NCBI GenBank assembly: GCA_036918135.1
Contig: JBALDB010000008.1
Location: 64,001-128,000, forward strand
Direction of reading: 5' to 3'
From: Nostoc sp.
Lineage (GTDB): Bacteria; Cyanobacteriota; Cyanobacteriia; Cyanobacteriales; Nostocaceae
DNA length: 64,000 bases
A program made the translations under genes and the position numbers. Under the pieces are notes generated by a model. The model saw nothing but the letters and a program-made list of their open reading frames with translations. It did no database searches and was not told the DNA's origin. Positions 47,744 to 59,179 of the stretch are shown here, one piece after another; position 1 is the first letter of the stretch, and every line of letters begins with the position of its first letter.

Positions 47744-49363
47744 TTAATGGTTTTTTGGGGGTTCTATACGCTTAAAAATTGGTTGGGGTATGCCCAACTG
47801 TTGTTTACTAGATAGTACCCCCCAAGTTGCATGGGTGGCAAAAGGAGCATTAAGCGAACTTTGGGTGCGATCGTTAAAGTTTATTCCGAGGCCCAACTGC
47901 TGATAAATATCGCTACTGATGTTCGGAATAATTGGTGATAGTAGATAAGCTGCTAGTCTAACCGATTCTAGTACTGCGTACAGAACTTTTTCGACTTCCT
48001 GCTGCTGTCCCTGTTTATATAATGACCAAGGAGCTTGTTCATCAATAAACTTATTACTGGCTTGCACCAGTAAAAGGACGGATTCGCAGGCTTGATTGAA
48101 AGCTAGCTGCTCATAGGCTTGTTTTACCTGTTCCCCCAGAGGTAAACCAATTGTTTTTAAAGGATTTTCTTTAGAGATTGTTTCGTTGCCAATTGATGGT
48201 ACATTATTCTGGGCGCAGTATTTTTTGACCATGCTCAAGGTGCGATTGAGCAAATTACCTAATTTGTCTGCCAAATCTGCATTCAGAGAATTAATGAACC
48301 TAACTTCATTAAAATCTCCATCCTTGCCAAATTCGATTTCCTTAAGGAAGTAATAACGAACGGCATCGCTACCATAGCGTTGGACTAACTCTACAGGATC
48401 GAGAGTATTACCCAGACTTTTGCCCATTTTTAGACCATCTTTAGTCAAAAACCCGTGTCCAAATACTCGGTCTGGCAAGGGTAAACCAGCTGATAACAGC
48501 ATTGCTGGCCAGTAAACTGCATGGAAGCGCAGAATATCTTTACCAATTAAGTGCAAATTTATTGGCCACCATGTCTCTAAGGCATTTGCTAAAGTTGGTT
48601 CTGCATCGGGTTCGAGTAATGCAGTTACATAACCAAGTAGTGCATCAAACCAAACATAAAGTGTGTGCTTGGGATCGGTTGGTACTGGAAAACCCCAATC
48701 TAAATTCACCCGTGAAATTGAAAAGTCTTGCAGACCTTGATTAACAAAGCTGAGGACTTCGTTGCGCCGAGTTTCTGGTTGGATAAAATCTGGTTTTAAC
48801 TGATAAAATTCTGTCAGTTTATTTTGATATTTAGATAAGCGAAAAAAATAGTTTTGTTCGTCTCGCCACTCGACTTCTTTATTAGTATGAATTGGGCAAC
48901 GGTGTCCTTCTAAAAGTTCTCGTTCTTCTTTAAATTCTTCACAGGATACACAATACCAGCCTTGTTGTTGTCCTTGATAGATATCACCAGATTTCCATAC
49001 TCGCTCGAAGAATTCTTTAACTATCGCTCCATGACGGGGCGCGGTAGTCCGACTAAAGCGATCGTATTGAATATCAAGCAACTGCCACAAACTCACGAAA
49101 CTAGGCACAATTTCATCGCAAAAATCTTGTGGGGCTTTACCTAAAATTTCTGCCGATCGCTGAATTTTTTGTCCATGCTCATCTGTACCCGTAATTAGTA
49201 GTACCTGATGCCCCAATAGCCGATGAAATCGGGCTACTACATCGGCGGCGATCGTTGTATAAGCGCTGCCTATATGAGGTATATCGTTAACATAATATAG
49301 GGGTGTTGTCAGTGCAAATGTCTTTTGTGTTTTATTCACTAGATTCATGCAAAATAAAATCAA
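47744..49363 (-). CDS. metG: Methionine--tRNA ligase
   Basis: PHIGSAY (HIGH), GTDEHG, YVWFDAL, GKDILRFH, KMGKS. Confidence 0.97.
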   Translation of the reverse strand: MILFCMNLVNKTQKTFALTTPLYYVNDIPHIGSAYTTIAADVVARFHRLLGHQVLLITGTDEHGQKIQRSAEILGKAPQDFCDEIVPSFVSLWQLLDIQYDRFSRTTAPRHGAIVKEFFERVWKSGDIYQGQQQGWYCVSCEEFKEERELLEGHRCPIHTNKEVEWRDEQNYFFRLSKYQNKLTEFYQLKPDFIQPETRRNEVLSFVNQGLQDFSISRVNLDWGFPVPTDPKHTLYVWFDALLGYVTALLEPDAEPTLANALETWWPINLHLIGKDILRFHAVYWPAMLLSAGLPLPDRVFGHGFLTKDGLKMGKSLGNTLDPVELVQRYGSDAVRYYFLKEIEFGKDGDFNEVRFINSLNADLADKLGNLLNRTLSMVKKYCAQNNVPSIGNETISKENPLKTIGLPLGEQVKQAYEQLAFNQACESVLLLVQASNKFIDEQAPWSLYKQGQQQEVEKVLYAVLESVRLAAYLLSPIIPNISSDIYQQLGLGINFNDRTQSSLNAPFATHATWGVLSSKQQLGIPQPIFKRIEPPKNH

Positions 49364-49724
49364 CTTATTAAAACGTTTTACATCTTATATTTTTTAGCAA
49401 AACCACGTTATTATATAACATTATTACCATTTTTTCCAATAACACCTTAATATTAGCAAATTTCTCCGCTCAGCAATTGTTTGATAATATGCATTAATTC
49501 AGCTTATTTTTGCCTAAAATCCAGAAACTAACTACTAGTTTTGGAAATACTTTTAATGACATATTCTTGTGTTTAGGAATACATATACTCAGAACGCAGA
49601 AAATCCACTTGGCTTTGTATATTCAGACATTTCTATCTTAAGACGGTCATGATAGTAGTAAAGAAATGTAAAAATTAAATTAAGCTAAACTGCCACATTT
49701 ATCGGAAAATATTATTGACGAAGT

Positions 49725-50450
49725 ATGAGTGTAAATACTCCTGAGCTGATTTCGCAAGCTTTGTTGGCGGGGCTTTCAACACAAATGTTTCGCTATTACG
49801 AAAATCGCATTCCCCAAGATGCTAGCGTCTTGGTAGTGAGCAATCACCGCAGCTTTATGGATGCACCGATTTTAATGGCGGCGTTATCGAATCCAATTCG
49901 ATTTGCTTGCCATCACTACATGGGACAAGTGCCAATAATGCGGGAGATTGTTACTAAACAACTGGGGTGTTTTCCTTTGGAAGAAGCCCAAAACCGCCAA
50001 CAAAGCTTTTTTGTGCAGTCACAGATGCTATTGCAGTCTCGGCAGATGGTGGGAGTATTTCCTGAAGGAACAGAACCAATGGTGAAATTTACTGTGCCAA
50101 ACATGGTGGGTGAATTTCAGCGAGGATTTGCTCATTTAGCATTGCGGGCTGATGTGGAGGATTTAGCAATTTTGCCGATCGCCATTGCTTCTTTAGAAGA
50201 AGTAAACACTTCTGGCTTTCCCCTGCGGCTGTTGAGTTTATTCGATCCATCAGAACCTTTATTCAAGCAATCAGGTTGGCATCCTTTGGTAATTTATCGT
50301 CGGGTTGCTGTATTAATTGGTCGCCCCTATTGGATTACTCCTCAACATCAAAAAAGATATCGTGGCAAACAAGCTAGAACTGTTGTGGCAGAAGTAACCG
50401 AACATTGCCACACCGAAGTTAGTAACTTACTGCGTCAAGGTTGCTATTAG
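49725..50450 (+). CDS. Lysophospholipid acyltransferase (PlsC-like) family protein
   Basis: SNHRSFMD (HX4D), VFPEG. Confidence 0.88.
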   Translation: MSVNTPELISQALLAGLSTQMFRYYENRIPQDASVLVVSNHRSFMDAPILMAALSNPIRFACHHYMGQVPIMREIVTKQLGCFPLEEAQNRQQSFFVQSQMLLQSRQMVGVFPEGTEPMVKFTVPNMVGEFQRGFAHLALRADVEDLAILPIAIASLEEVNTSGFPLRLLSLFDPSEPLFKQSGWHPLVIYRRVAVLIGRPYWITPQHQKRYRGKQARTVVAEVTEHCHTEVSNLLRQGCY

Positions 50451-50573
50451 AGCAATCCAATTTTGGATTGCGATCGCGACTTGGAGTCGGCTGTAAGACA
50501 TTTTTTCTTGTTGGTCAAAAGCTGCGTACTTCCTTGAACAACCAACACTCCAAAAGTTTTATACCATTAATTA

Positions 50574-50607
50574 GTGACCAATGACCAATGACCAATGACC
50601 AATGACT
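50574..50607. repeat. STRR heptamer tgaccaa array
   Basis: (tgaccaa)n directly before the hydrolase start; the same array occurs at 58248-58299. Confidence 0.8.
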
Positions 50608-51429
50608 ACCCCAGAAGTTGAACTCAAGCCTTGTTTCCTTACACCCAAACGATTACAGCCAGACTATCCGCTGTTTGTATATTTACCAGGAATGGATGGG
50701 ACAGGTCAATTATTGCGATCGCAGACCGCTGGATTAGAAGTTGGCTTTGATGTCCGCTGTTTCGCAATCCCTCGAAAAGACCTCACCACCTGGGATGTGC
50801 TAACGAACAATGTATTAGACTTGATCCACTCCGAACTAGAAAAAAGTTCCTCTAGGCCAGTTTACTTGTGCGGTGAGTCCTTTGGAGGTTGCTTGGCGAT
50901 GAAAGTAGCAATCAAAGCACCGCAGTTATTTAAACGAATTATTTTAATTAATCCAGCTTCAGCCTTTCGACTTCGTTCTTGGTTGAATTGGGCATCGCAA
51001 ATTACTTACTTAGTGCCATCGGGATTATACGATATTGGCGCACTCGGACTATTGCCGTTTTTAGCATCTTTGCCACGGATTTCTCGTGGCGATCGCCACG
51101 AACTGTTAAGAACTATGCGTTCTGTTCCCTCAGAAACCGTTCTTTGGCGATTATCTTTACTGCGGGAATTTGAGATTGATGAGGAGCAATTACGCCACTT
51201 AACGCAACCAGTTTTGTTGATTGCCGGTGCTAGCGATCGGCTTTTGCCTTCTGTGACTGAAGTCAAGCGCATAGCAAATATCATACCAAATACCAAGATT
51301 ATGGTGCTGCCTAATTGCGGACACGCTTGCTTGCTAGAGCAAAATATTAATCTCTATGAAATCCTCAAGGCTAACGACTTTTTAGAAACTAAAGCTGACA
51401 TCATTACAGAGCAAGAGGTAAAAGGATAG
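50602..51429 (+). CDS. Alpha/beta hydrolase (ELT/phytyl-ester-synthase hydrolase-like)
   Basis: LPGMDGTG, GESFGG nucleophile elbow, D.LLPS, GHACL. Confidence 0.88.
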   Translation: MTTPEVELKPCFLTPKRLQPDYPLFVYLPGMDGTGQLLRSQTAGLEVGFDVRCFAIPRKDLTTWDVLTNNVLDLIHSELEKSSSRPVYLCGESFGGCLAMKVAIKAPQLFKRIILINPASAFRLRSWLNWASQITYLVPSGLYDIGALGLLPFLASLPRISRGDRHELLRTMRSVPSETVLWRLSLLREFEIDEEQLRHLTQPVLLIAGASDRLLPSVTEVKRIANIIPNTKIMVLPNCGHACLLEQNINLYEILKANDFLETKADIITEQEVKG

Positions 51430-51689
51430 GGTGAGGGGCGATCGCATTTTTAAAAGTGCAAATCGCCTATTAGCTATCGAAAGCTATCTAACTTAAAAGC
51501 TCGTATTTGCAAAGCGATCGCCTACAATCAGTTGTATCTAATCATTGTTTGAGAAAATATACAAAAGTTAGCGCGACTCCCGACAAATAGTATTGAACTT
51601 AGATCGGAAAATTTATAATCAGCTCTTAAAATAATTTATTTTTTGTAGTTCCTAAATACTCTCAACTACTCGCAAGATTAGAGAACTTT

Positions 51690-52307
51690 ATGTTATCATT
51701 TGTGCCGCAGGAAATGAAAGACCCTGCTCCTTACCATTTATTGACAAGCGTCGTTGCTCCTCGTCCAATTGCATGGGTGTCTACAATTAGTGCCTCTGGA
51801 ATTCCTAATCTTGCTCCATATTCGTTTTTCAATGCAGTAGCAGGTTTTCCACCAACCATTATGTTCTCAGTCGCATACCACAGACGTGAGCCGAAAGAAA
51901 AAGACACCCTACGTAACATTCATGAAGTTGATGAATTTGTTTGTCATGTGGTGGATGAAACACTGTCTCAGTCAATGGTTCAAACAGGAACAGAATTCCC
52001 CTATGGAGTTAACGAGTTTGAAAAAGCAAACTTAAAAGCTATTCCTGCTACAGATGTCCGACCATTGCGGATTGAAAGCTCACCTGTGGCGATGGAGTGC
52101 AAAGTTACACAAATAGTTCCAGTCGAAGGAACCAATAATGTGATGGTTTTGGGTCGAGTTTTACGATTTCATGTGCGTGAAGACCTATACCGCCAAGATT
52201 TGGGGTTAGTTGATACTGTAAAGATGCAACCAATTACGCGCTTAGGTGGGCCAGTTGAGTATACAAAGATTGGCGAACGATTTGAGATGACAACTCCAAA
52301 GGTATGA
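51690..52307 (+). CDS. Flavin reductase (DIM6/NTAB) family protein
   Basis: PRPIAWVST, NLAPYSFFN, KDTLRNI, RLGG. Confidence 0.9.
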   Translation: MLSFVPQEMKDPAPYHLLTSVVAPRPIAWVSTISASGIPNLAPYSFFNAVAGFPPTIMFSVAYHRREPKEKDTLRNIHEVDEFVCHVVDETLSQSMVQTGTEFPYGVNEFEKANLKAIPATDVRPLRIESSPVAMECKVTQIVPVEGTNNVMVLGRVLRFHVREDLYRQDLGLVDTVKMQPITRLGGPVEYTKIGERFEMTTPKV

Positions 52308-52644
52308 TGCAATGTTAATTTATCAAATATTTTTTCGTGTTGATTGTTGACTGCTGACTGTTGACTGTTAACCGTCAGCAATCAACGAACTTACGTTTTT
52401 TAATGTTGACCAAATGATTATTAACTCGTAATACTTCGACTGCGCTCAGTACAAGTTCGTAATTTGTAATTTCTGGTACAAGCTGCTAACTTTAGTTATA
52501 CAAATAAATAAATTTTTCCTTCTTTCAAGTCCCCAACTTCAATCGTGGGGTAATAACTACGAATTACGAATTATCAATCACAAATTATCCTCCTGCCTCA
52601 AAATCAGTCAATTTGTACCTCATCCACTTCAAATATGCTGTAAG

Positions 52645-53892
52645 TTGTACTTGTTGGAAGATGTCAAGCCACTCACACTTTCGCTACAACCAAAAAAAGA
52701 GAGGCTTTACACGATGGTGCAAGTAATGGTAGACAAACCCCAAGAAATAGAAGTGAATAAATTAGTTAATTCACCCAAAGAAACTTCACAAGTAAAAATC
52801 CAGACTCAATCATCAGTAGAAAATGAACCGTCTATAGTAGAGTCTTTGATTAAAACTGTTGCTGAGACTGGCCAAGCAGTTTTAGACACAGTAATAGGGG
52901 TGGGAGAAGCGACAGCGAAAGAAACACACAAGTTCATTGAGCAAACAACTCAAACCAGCGGTCAAGTCCTAAATCACCTCAGCGAAAACTGGCTAATTAG
53001 AAAACTATCTGGAGTATTAAATCTAAATTGGTTGTTTGGTGCCACTGATGTTGTTGATTTAGAAAAAGCAGAAGTGACGGTAAATAAGCTCAAGCAAAAA
53101 TATCCCAACGAATCACCAGGCGAGATTGCTCACCGCATCATGATGGACAAAGCAGCAAGAGCTGGTGGAATTGGTTTGGCAACGAGTATTTTACCGGGAT
53201 TTGCACTAACATTTTTGGCAATTGATTTAGCAGCGACAACAAAATTACAGTCTGAAATGGTTTATGAGATTGCATGTGACTATGGGTTAGATTTAAAAGA
53301 TCCAGCCCGCAAAGGTGAAGTTTTGGCAATTTTTGGCTTGGCCTTGGGTGGAAGTCGTTTGTTAAAAGCCGCAGGATTAGGCTTATTGCGAAATGTGCCC
53401 TTTGCTGGTGCTGCGATCGCCGTTAGTTCAAATGCGACGATGATCTATTCATTGGGGTATGCTGCTTGTCGATTTTATGAAGCCAAATTGGATGAATCAA
53501 CTTCTCTAGCTTCCCCAGAGACATTGGCAACATTAAAACAACAAAGTGAAGAGTATCTCCAAAGTGCGATCGCTCAACAAGCCATTATGGATCAAATTTT
53601 AGTTCACGCGATCCTTGCCAGTCATCCGGAAAAAACTTGGCAAGAAATTTTGCCACAACTGCAAGCTGTAAATTTAAGTCCTGCCTCTTTAAAAGCCATT
53701 GCCGAAAACATCAAATCACCCAAGCCTTTAGATACACTGCTTAATCAGCTAAGCCGTGATTTTGCCATCCCATTGTTGGCTCAGTGTTCTAAAATTGCCC
53801 AGCTTGATAATCAGATTACACCAGTCGAGCAAGAAATAATCAGTGCGATCGCTAATAAATTTGACATCGATCCTAATGCAATTGGGGCATAG
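52645..53892 (+). CDS. EcsC-like conserved hypothetical protein; likely start ATG ~52713
   Basis: IDLAATTKLQSEMVYEIA..YG.D, VPFAGA hydrophobic hairpin. Confidence 0.65.
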   Translation: MYLLEDVKPLTLSLQPKKERLYTMVQVMVDKPQEIEVNKLVNSPKETSQVKIQTQSSVENEPSIVESLIKTVAETGQAVLDTVIGVGEATAKETHKFIEQTTQTSGQVLNHLSENWLIRKLSGVLNLNWLFGATDVVDLEKAEVTVNKLKQKYPNESPGEIAHRIMMDKAARAGGIGLATSILPGFALTFLAIDLAATTKLQSEMVYEIACDYGLDLKDPARKGEVLAIFGLALGGSRLLKAAGLGLLRNVPFAGAAIAVSSNATMIYSLGYAACRFYEAKLDESTSLASPETLATLKQQSEEYLQSAIAQQAIMDQILVHAILASHPEKTWQEILPQLQAVNLSPASLKAIAENIKSPKPLDTLLNQLSRDFAIPLLAQCSKIAQLDNQITPVEQEIISAIANKFDIDPNAIGA

Positions 53893-54090
53893 GGACTGGG
53901 AATTGGGCAAACAAGGAAGTGTGGGAGGGGTGGGAGGAGAGGGAAGAAATGCAGGTGTGGGAGGTTTTGGAGGTGTGGGAGGATGGGGAACAAATCTTGC
54001 CCCCCTCTCTTCCCACACTCCCCACACTTCCCACACCTCCTCTTTCCCCCTCTCTTCCCACACTCCCCATCTCCCCCCCAGCCCCCTCAC
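53890..54090. repeat. STRR composite element upstream of pepA
   Basis: G-rich then C-rich arms; approximate inverted copy of 55690-55820. Confidence 0.8.
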
Positions 54091-54151
54091 CATGAAACAA
54101 GAATTTTGAGCAATACTGGTACAAGAACGAATATTTAGATAAAATCCCAAA

Positions 54152-55633
54152 ATGACAATTCAACCTAGTAATACGCCTTTGCTAGAGTGGGCAGGCGATA
54201 GTTTGGCAATTGGATTATTTGAAGATGCAGTAGAGTTAACCGGAGAACTGGCAACTTTAGACCAAAAGTTTTCTGGAGTCTTGAAAGAACTGATTGCTGA
54301 AGAGGAATTTAAGGGTAAAGCTAACAGCACCATCTTCACGCGTGTGGGCACTGGTAGCGGAGTTCGGAAAGTGATTTTAGTAGGTTTAGGAAAACTAGAA
54401 GCACTCAAACTAGATACTCTGCGACGCGCTGCGGCTGCGGTAGCCAGAGTAGCCAAAAAGCAAAAAAGCAAAATTCTCGGTTTTAGTTTTCCCTTGTGGA
54501 ATAACGATACAGCCGCAAGTGCCCAAGCGATCGCTGAAGGTGTAGAATTAGCGCTTTACCAAGATATTCGCTTTAAATCAGAACCAGAAGATAAAGGAAC
54601 ACAACTAGAAACCGTAGAATTACTAGGTTTTGATGGACAAGAAGCAGCCATCAACCGCGCCCAGCAAATCGTTTCTGGGGTAATCCTGGCACGGCAGTTA
54701 GTAGCAGCCCCAGCCAATGCAGTAACACCAATTACTTTAGCAGAAACAGCTCAAGCGATCGCTAATGAACACGGTTTACAACTGCAAATTCTCGAACGAG
54801 AAGACTGTGAAAAGTTGGGTATGGGTGCTTTTTTGGGAGTAGCCCAAGCTTCTGATTTGCCACCAAAATTTATTCACCTAACTTACAAGCCAGAAGGTAC
54901 GCCCAAAAAGAAACTGGCAATTATTGGTAAAGGTTTAACCTTCGACTCTGGTGGACTTAATATTAAAGGTGCTGGTAGTGGCATTGAAACCATGAAAATT
55001 GATATGGGCGGTGCGGCTGCAACCTTGGGTGCGGCAAAAGCGATCGCTCAACTCAAGCCAGATTCGGAAGTACACTTTATCTCAGCGGCGACCGAAAACA
55101 TGATTAGCGGTCACGCCATGCGCCCAGGAGACATCCTCACAGCATCAAACGGTAAAACAATCGAAGTCAACAACACCGATGCTGAAGGACGTTTGACACT
55201 AGCAGATGCCTTAGTGTATGCCGACAAATTAGGATTAGATGCGATCGTTGATTTAGCCACCCTCACAGGTGCCAACGTCATCGCCTTGGGTGAGGATATT
55301 GCTGGATTATATACTCCCGATGATGCAGTAGCTTCCGAACTGGAAAAAGCCGCCCAAACATCAGGGGAAAAGATTTGGCGGATGCCAATGGAAGAAAAAT
55401 ATTTTGAAGGGTTGAAATCTGGCATCGCTGACATGAAAAATACCGGGCCGCGTCCTGGTGGTTCTATTACTGCCGCCCTTTTCCTCAAAGAATTCGTCAA
55501 AGAAACTCCTTGGGCGCACTTAGACATAGCCGGGCCAGTGTGGACAGAAAAAGAAAACGGCTACAATGGCGCTGGGGCAACTGGCTACGGTGTTAGAACG
55601 CTGGTTGACTGGGTATTGGGAGCTGGAGAGTAG
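54152..55633 (+). CDS. pepA: Leucyl aminopeptidase (M17)
   Basis: [37 protein letters not shown]. Confidence 0.96.
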   Translation: MTIQPSNTPLLEWAGDSLAIGLFEDAVELTGELATLDQKFSGVLKELIAEEEFKGKANSTIFTRVGTGSGVRKVILVGLGKLEALKLDTLRRAAAAVARVAKKQKSKILGFSFPLWNNDTAASAQAIAEGVELALYQDIRFKSEPEDKGTQLETVELLGFDGQEAAINRAQQIVSGVILARQLVAAPANAVTPITLAETAQAIANEHGLQLQILEREDCEKLGMGAFLGVAQASDLPPKFIHLTYKPEGTPKKKLAIIGKGLTFDSGGLNIKGAGSGIETMKIDMGGAAATLGAAKAIAQLKPDSEVHFISAATENMISGHAMRPGDILTASNGKTIEVNNTDAEGRLTLADALVYADKLGLDAIVDLATLTGANVIALGEDIAGLYTPDDAVASELEKAAQTSGEKIWRMPMEEKYFEGLKSGIADMKNTGPRPGGSITAALFLKEFVKETPWAHLDIAGPVWTEKENGYNGAGATGYGVRTLVDWVLGAGE

Positions 55634-55880
55634 GGACTAGGTACTGGGGAGGATGGGGAAGATGAAGAGATGGGGAGATGAGGGGGATGAGGGAGTGTGG
55701 GGAGTGTGGGGAGATGGGGGAGAGAGGGGGGCAAGATTTCTTCCCCATCCTCCAAAACCTCCAAAACCTCCCACACCTCCATTTCTTCCCTCTCCTCCCA
55801 CACTCCACACACCTCCCACACTATGAGTGAGAAATCCGGGCTATGCCTCCATTCACCAGTCCCCAATCCCCACTCCCCAA
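55630..55880. repeat. STRR composite element downstream of pepA
   Basis: agaggggggcaagatttcttccccatcctccaaaacctcc... matches the reverse complement of 53915-54040. Confidence 0.8.
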
Positions 55881-56013
55881 TAATTCGTGCTATCTTGAGC
55901 TTGCCATTAAAAATGTTGCAATATTAACAAAAGTAATTTGGCTATCTTGAAAGTTAAGCTTTTTGGGCAAAGCCATCTGGTAAAATTTGTAAGGTTTCTA
56001 GAAGCTCTAAGCA

Positions 56014-57036
56014 ATGGGATCGACTCGTGTACGGATCGCAATTGACGCAATGGGAGGGGATCACGCACCCGCTGAAATTGTTGCTGGCGCATTGCGAGCA
56101 AGGGAAGAATTGGGTGTAGATATATTGTTGGTTGGTGATCCCCAACAAATTGAAGCTGCCTTACCGCCAAAAACAAATTTAGGGCAGGTGGAGATCGTGA
56201 CTGCACAAGAAGCGATCGCAATGGATGAGGAGCCTTTAAACGCAGTTAGACGCAAACGCAACGCTTCTATCAATGTGGCGATGGATTTGGTCAAGCAGCA
56301 ACAGGCAGATGCGGTATTTTCAGCAGGTCACTCTGGTGCAGCTATGGCCTCGGCTTTGCTTCGCTTGGGAAGATTACCAGGAGTTGACCGTCCAGCCATT
56401 GGGACTGTTTTTCCTACAATCGTCGCTGGTAAGCCAGTACTGGTACTTGATGTCGGCGCAAATGTAGACTGCCGTCCGAAGTTTTTAGAGCAGTTTGCTG
56501 TCATGGGGTCGGCTTACAGTCAGTATGTCTTGGGTACAACTGAACCGAAGGTAGGTTTATTGAATATCGGTGAAGAAGACTCTAAGGGCAATGACGCGGC
56601 TGTGCGTGCCCATCAACTGCTACGCGAAAATTCCCAAATTAATTTTATTGGTAATGCCGAAGGGCGTGATGTGCTTTCGGGTCATTTTGATGTAATTGTC
56701 TGTGATGGGTTCGTTGGCAATGTCTTATTAAAATTTGCCGAAGCAGTCGGAGAAGTAATTCTGCAAATCTTACGCGAAGAATTACCCCAAGGATTACACG
56801 GTCAGATCGGCTCGGCACTCTTAAAACCCAACTTGAAGCGGATTAAGCAGCGGATGGATCACGCAGAACACGGTGGCGCTTTGCTCTTAGGCGTAGCCGG
56901 AGTTTGTTTGATCGGTCACGGAAGCTCACAAGCACCTTCAATTTTTAATGCAATTCGCATGGCAAAAGAAGCTGTTGACAACCAGGTACTGCAACGAATT
57001 CAGTCCCAATATATATTAGAGCGCGAGAGCGGTTAG
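56014..57036 (+). CDS. plsX: Phosphate acyltransferase PlsX
   Basis: IDAMGGDHAP, GVDRPAI, LDVGANVD, CDGFVGN, GHGSS. Confidence 0.97.
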   Translation: MGSTRVRIAIDAMGGDHAPAEIVAGALRAREELGVDILLVGDPQQIEAALPPKTNLGQVEIVTAQEAIAMDEEPLNAVRRKRNASINVAMDLVKQQQADAVFSAGHSGAAMASALLRLGRLPGVDRPAIGTVFPTIVAGKPVLVLDVGANVDCRPKFLEQFAVMGSAYSQYVLGTTEPKVGLLNIGEEDSKGNDAAVRAHQLLRENSQINFIGNAEGRDVLSGHFDVIVCDGFVGNVLLKFAEAVGEVILQILREELPQGLHGQIGSALLKPNLKRIKQRMDHAEHGGALLLGVAGVCLIGHGSSQAPSIFNAIRMAKEAVDNQVLQRIQSQYILERESG

Positions 57037-57163
57037 TTATTGGTCGTTGGTTGTTGGTCATTGGTCATTTGCAAAGGACAAATGACTAAGAACAAATGAC
57101 TAAAGACAAGTGACAACCGACAAGGGACAAAAGACAAAAAGCTGATAGCTTGGGAGATTAGGT

Positions 57164-58156
57164 GTGCATAATTTAGGCATAGCAATTACGGGAAGTGGCT
57201 CAGCAGTACCAGCAACTTCCCTAGACAACCAGACATTGACTGAACTGGTTGAAACATCAGATGATTGGATAACCACAAGAACAGGAATTTGTCAACGGCG
57301 ATTAGCACTACCATCAGAGTCATTGAGTATACTCGCTACAGCTGCCAGCAATCAGGCGATCGCAGCTGCGGGAATTAAAGCAGAAGACCTAGATTTGATT
57401 TTGCTGGCAACTTCTACCCCTGACGATTTGTTTGGTAGTGCTTGTCAAGTTCAGGCTAAATTGGGAGCAACCAAAGCAGTAGCTTTTGACTTGACAGCAG
57501 CTTGCTCCGGCTTTGTGTTTGGACTGGTCACAGCAGCCCAATACATCAGAGCAGGTGTCTATCAAAATGTACTGTTGATAGGAGCAGATATCCTCTCTCG
57601 CTGGGTAGACTGGCAAGACCGGCGTACTTGTGTGTTGTTCGGCGATGGTGCAGGAGCAGTAGTATTGCAGGCATCGAAAAGCGATCGCTTATTGGGATTT
57701 GCACTTAAAAGTGATGGTACTCAAAACCATTACCTCAACCTTGGCTATACAGGCTCATCTCAAGAACTACTTTCTGGTATAAATGTCACTAAAGGCGCTT
57801 ACCAACCGATTACTATGAACGGCAAAGAAGTCTACCGCTTCGCCGTCCAAAAAGTACCAGAAATTATTGACAAAGCCTTGTTTCAAGCTAACCTCACTGT
57901 TGACCAAATAGATTGGCTACTGTTACATCAAGCCAATCAGCGGATTCTTGACGCTGTTGCCCAACGCCTAAATATCCCAGAAAATAAAGTTATCAGTAAT
58001 CTCGCTCAGTATGGCAATACCTCCGCTGCTTCGATTCCCCTAGCTTTAGATGAAGCAGTGCGCCAAGGCAAAATCAAACCCAATCACATCGTTGCTACAT
58101 CTGGCTTTGGTGCCGGTCTTACATGGGGCGCAGCAATTTTTCAATGGGGAAGATAA
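57164..58156 (+). CDS. fabH: Beta-ketoacyl-ACP synthase III
   Basis: AACSGF, FGDGAGA, HQANQRI, GNTSAASIP, GFGAGLTWG. Confidence 0.97.
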   Translation: MHNLGIAITGSGSAVPATSLDNQTLTELVETSDDWITTRTGICQRRLALPSESLSILATAASNQAIAAAGIKAEDLDLILLATSTPDDLFGSACQVQAKLGATKAVAFDLTAACSGFVFGLVTAAQYIRAGVYQNVLLIGADILSRWVDWQDRRTCVLFGDGAGAVVLQASKSDRLLGFALKSDGTQNHYLNLGYTGSSQELLSGINVTKGAYQPITMNGKEVYRFAVQKVPEIIDKALFQANLTVDQIDWLLLHQANQRILDAVAQRLNIPENKVISNLAQYGNTSAASIPLALDEAVRQGKIKPNHIVATSGFGAGLTWGAAIFQWGR

Positions 58157-58297
58157 ATATTTTGTCATTAGTCATTTGTCCTCTCTTACAAAGTTCTGAT
58201 CCAAGGAAGCCTTGGCTCAGACTTTGCGCTTTGTCCTTTGTTGACTAATGACCAATGACCAATGACCAATGACCAATGACTAAATGACTAATGACCA

Positions 58298-59179
58298 ATG
58301 ACTAAAACTGCATGGGTGTTTCCCGGACAAGGTTCCCAAGCACTGGGAATGGGAATGGATTTATTAGATATACCTACCGCTAAAGACAAATTTGCCCAGG
58401 CCGAGGCAATTTTAGGCTGGTCTGTAACGGAAATATGTCAAACTCAAGAAGAACAGTTATCCCAGACGCTATATACTCAGCCAAGTCTTTATGTGGTAGA
58501 AAGCATTCTTGCTGACCTTCTCCGGGAGAGAGGGCATCAACCAGATTTAGTTGCTGGACATAGTTTAGGAGAATATGTTGCACTTTATATTGCGGGTGTG
58601 TTTGAGTGGTCGGCTGGTTTATATTTGGTGAAGCGTCGTGCAGAACTTATGGATAGTGCCTCTGGTGGTATGATGGCAGCTTTGATGAACTTTGACCGCG
58701 AACAGTTGGAAAAAGTCATTGCCGAAACGCCTGATGTCGTAGTGGCAAATGACAACAGTTCGGCTCAAGTAGTAATTTCAGGCACCACTGAGGCTGTACA
58801 AGCGGTGATGTCTCAAGTTAAAGCCAAACGTGCTATTCCTTTAAAAGTTTCTGGAGCATTTCACTCACATTTAATAGCTGCTGCTGCTGCGGAATTTCAA
58901 GACATTCTACAATCTGTAGAATTTCAGCCAGCTCTAATCCCAGTTTTATCAAATATAGAACCAATTGCGTCTGTTGATGCCGAAATATTGAAACAACGTC
59001 TTAACAAACAAATGACAGGTTCGGTACGCTGGCGAGAAATTTCTCTGCAATTACCAGCTAACGGCATCGAGCAAGTAATAGAAATTGGCCCTGGTAAAGT
59101 TCTAACTGGCTTAATTAAACGTAATAGCCCCGACTTAATTCTAAAAAATATCAATAAGGCTGCTGATTTGCCTGTTTAA
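58298..59179 (+). CDS. fabD: Malonyl-CoA:ACP transacylase
   Basis: FPGQGSQ, GHSLGEY, VSGAFHS, EIGPGKVL. Confidence 0.97.
   Translation: MTKTAWVFPGQGSQALGMGMDLLDIPTAKDKFAQAEAILGWSVTEICQTQEEQLSQTLYTQPSLYVVESILADLLRERGHQPDLVAGHSLGEYVALYIAGVFEWSAGLYLVKRRAELMDSASGGMMAALMNFDREQLEKVIAETPDVVVANDNSSAQVVISGTTEAVQAVMSQVKAKRAIPLKVSGAFHSHLIAAAAAEFQDILQSVEFQPALIPVLSNIEPIASVDAEILKQRLNKQMTGSVRWREISLQLPANGIEQVIEIGPGKVLTGLIKRNSPDLILKNINKAADLPV

Noticed and set aside
45502..55927. ORFs such as 45502-45837, 53749-54163 and 55585-55927
   Set aside because: They are translations of STRR repeats (GSV/PHTP runs), not credible proteins.
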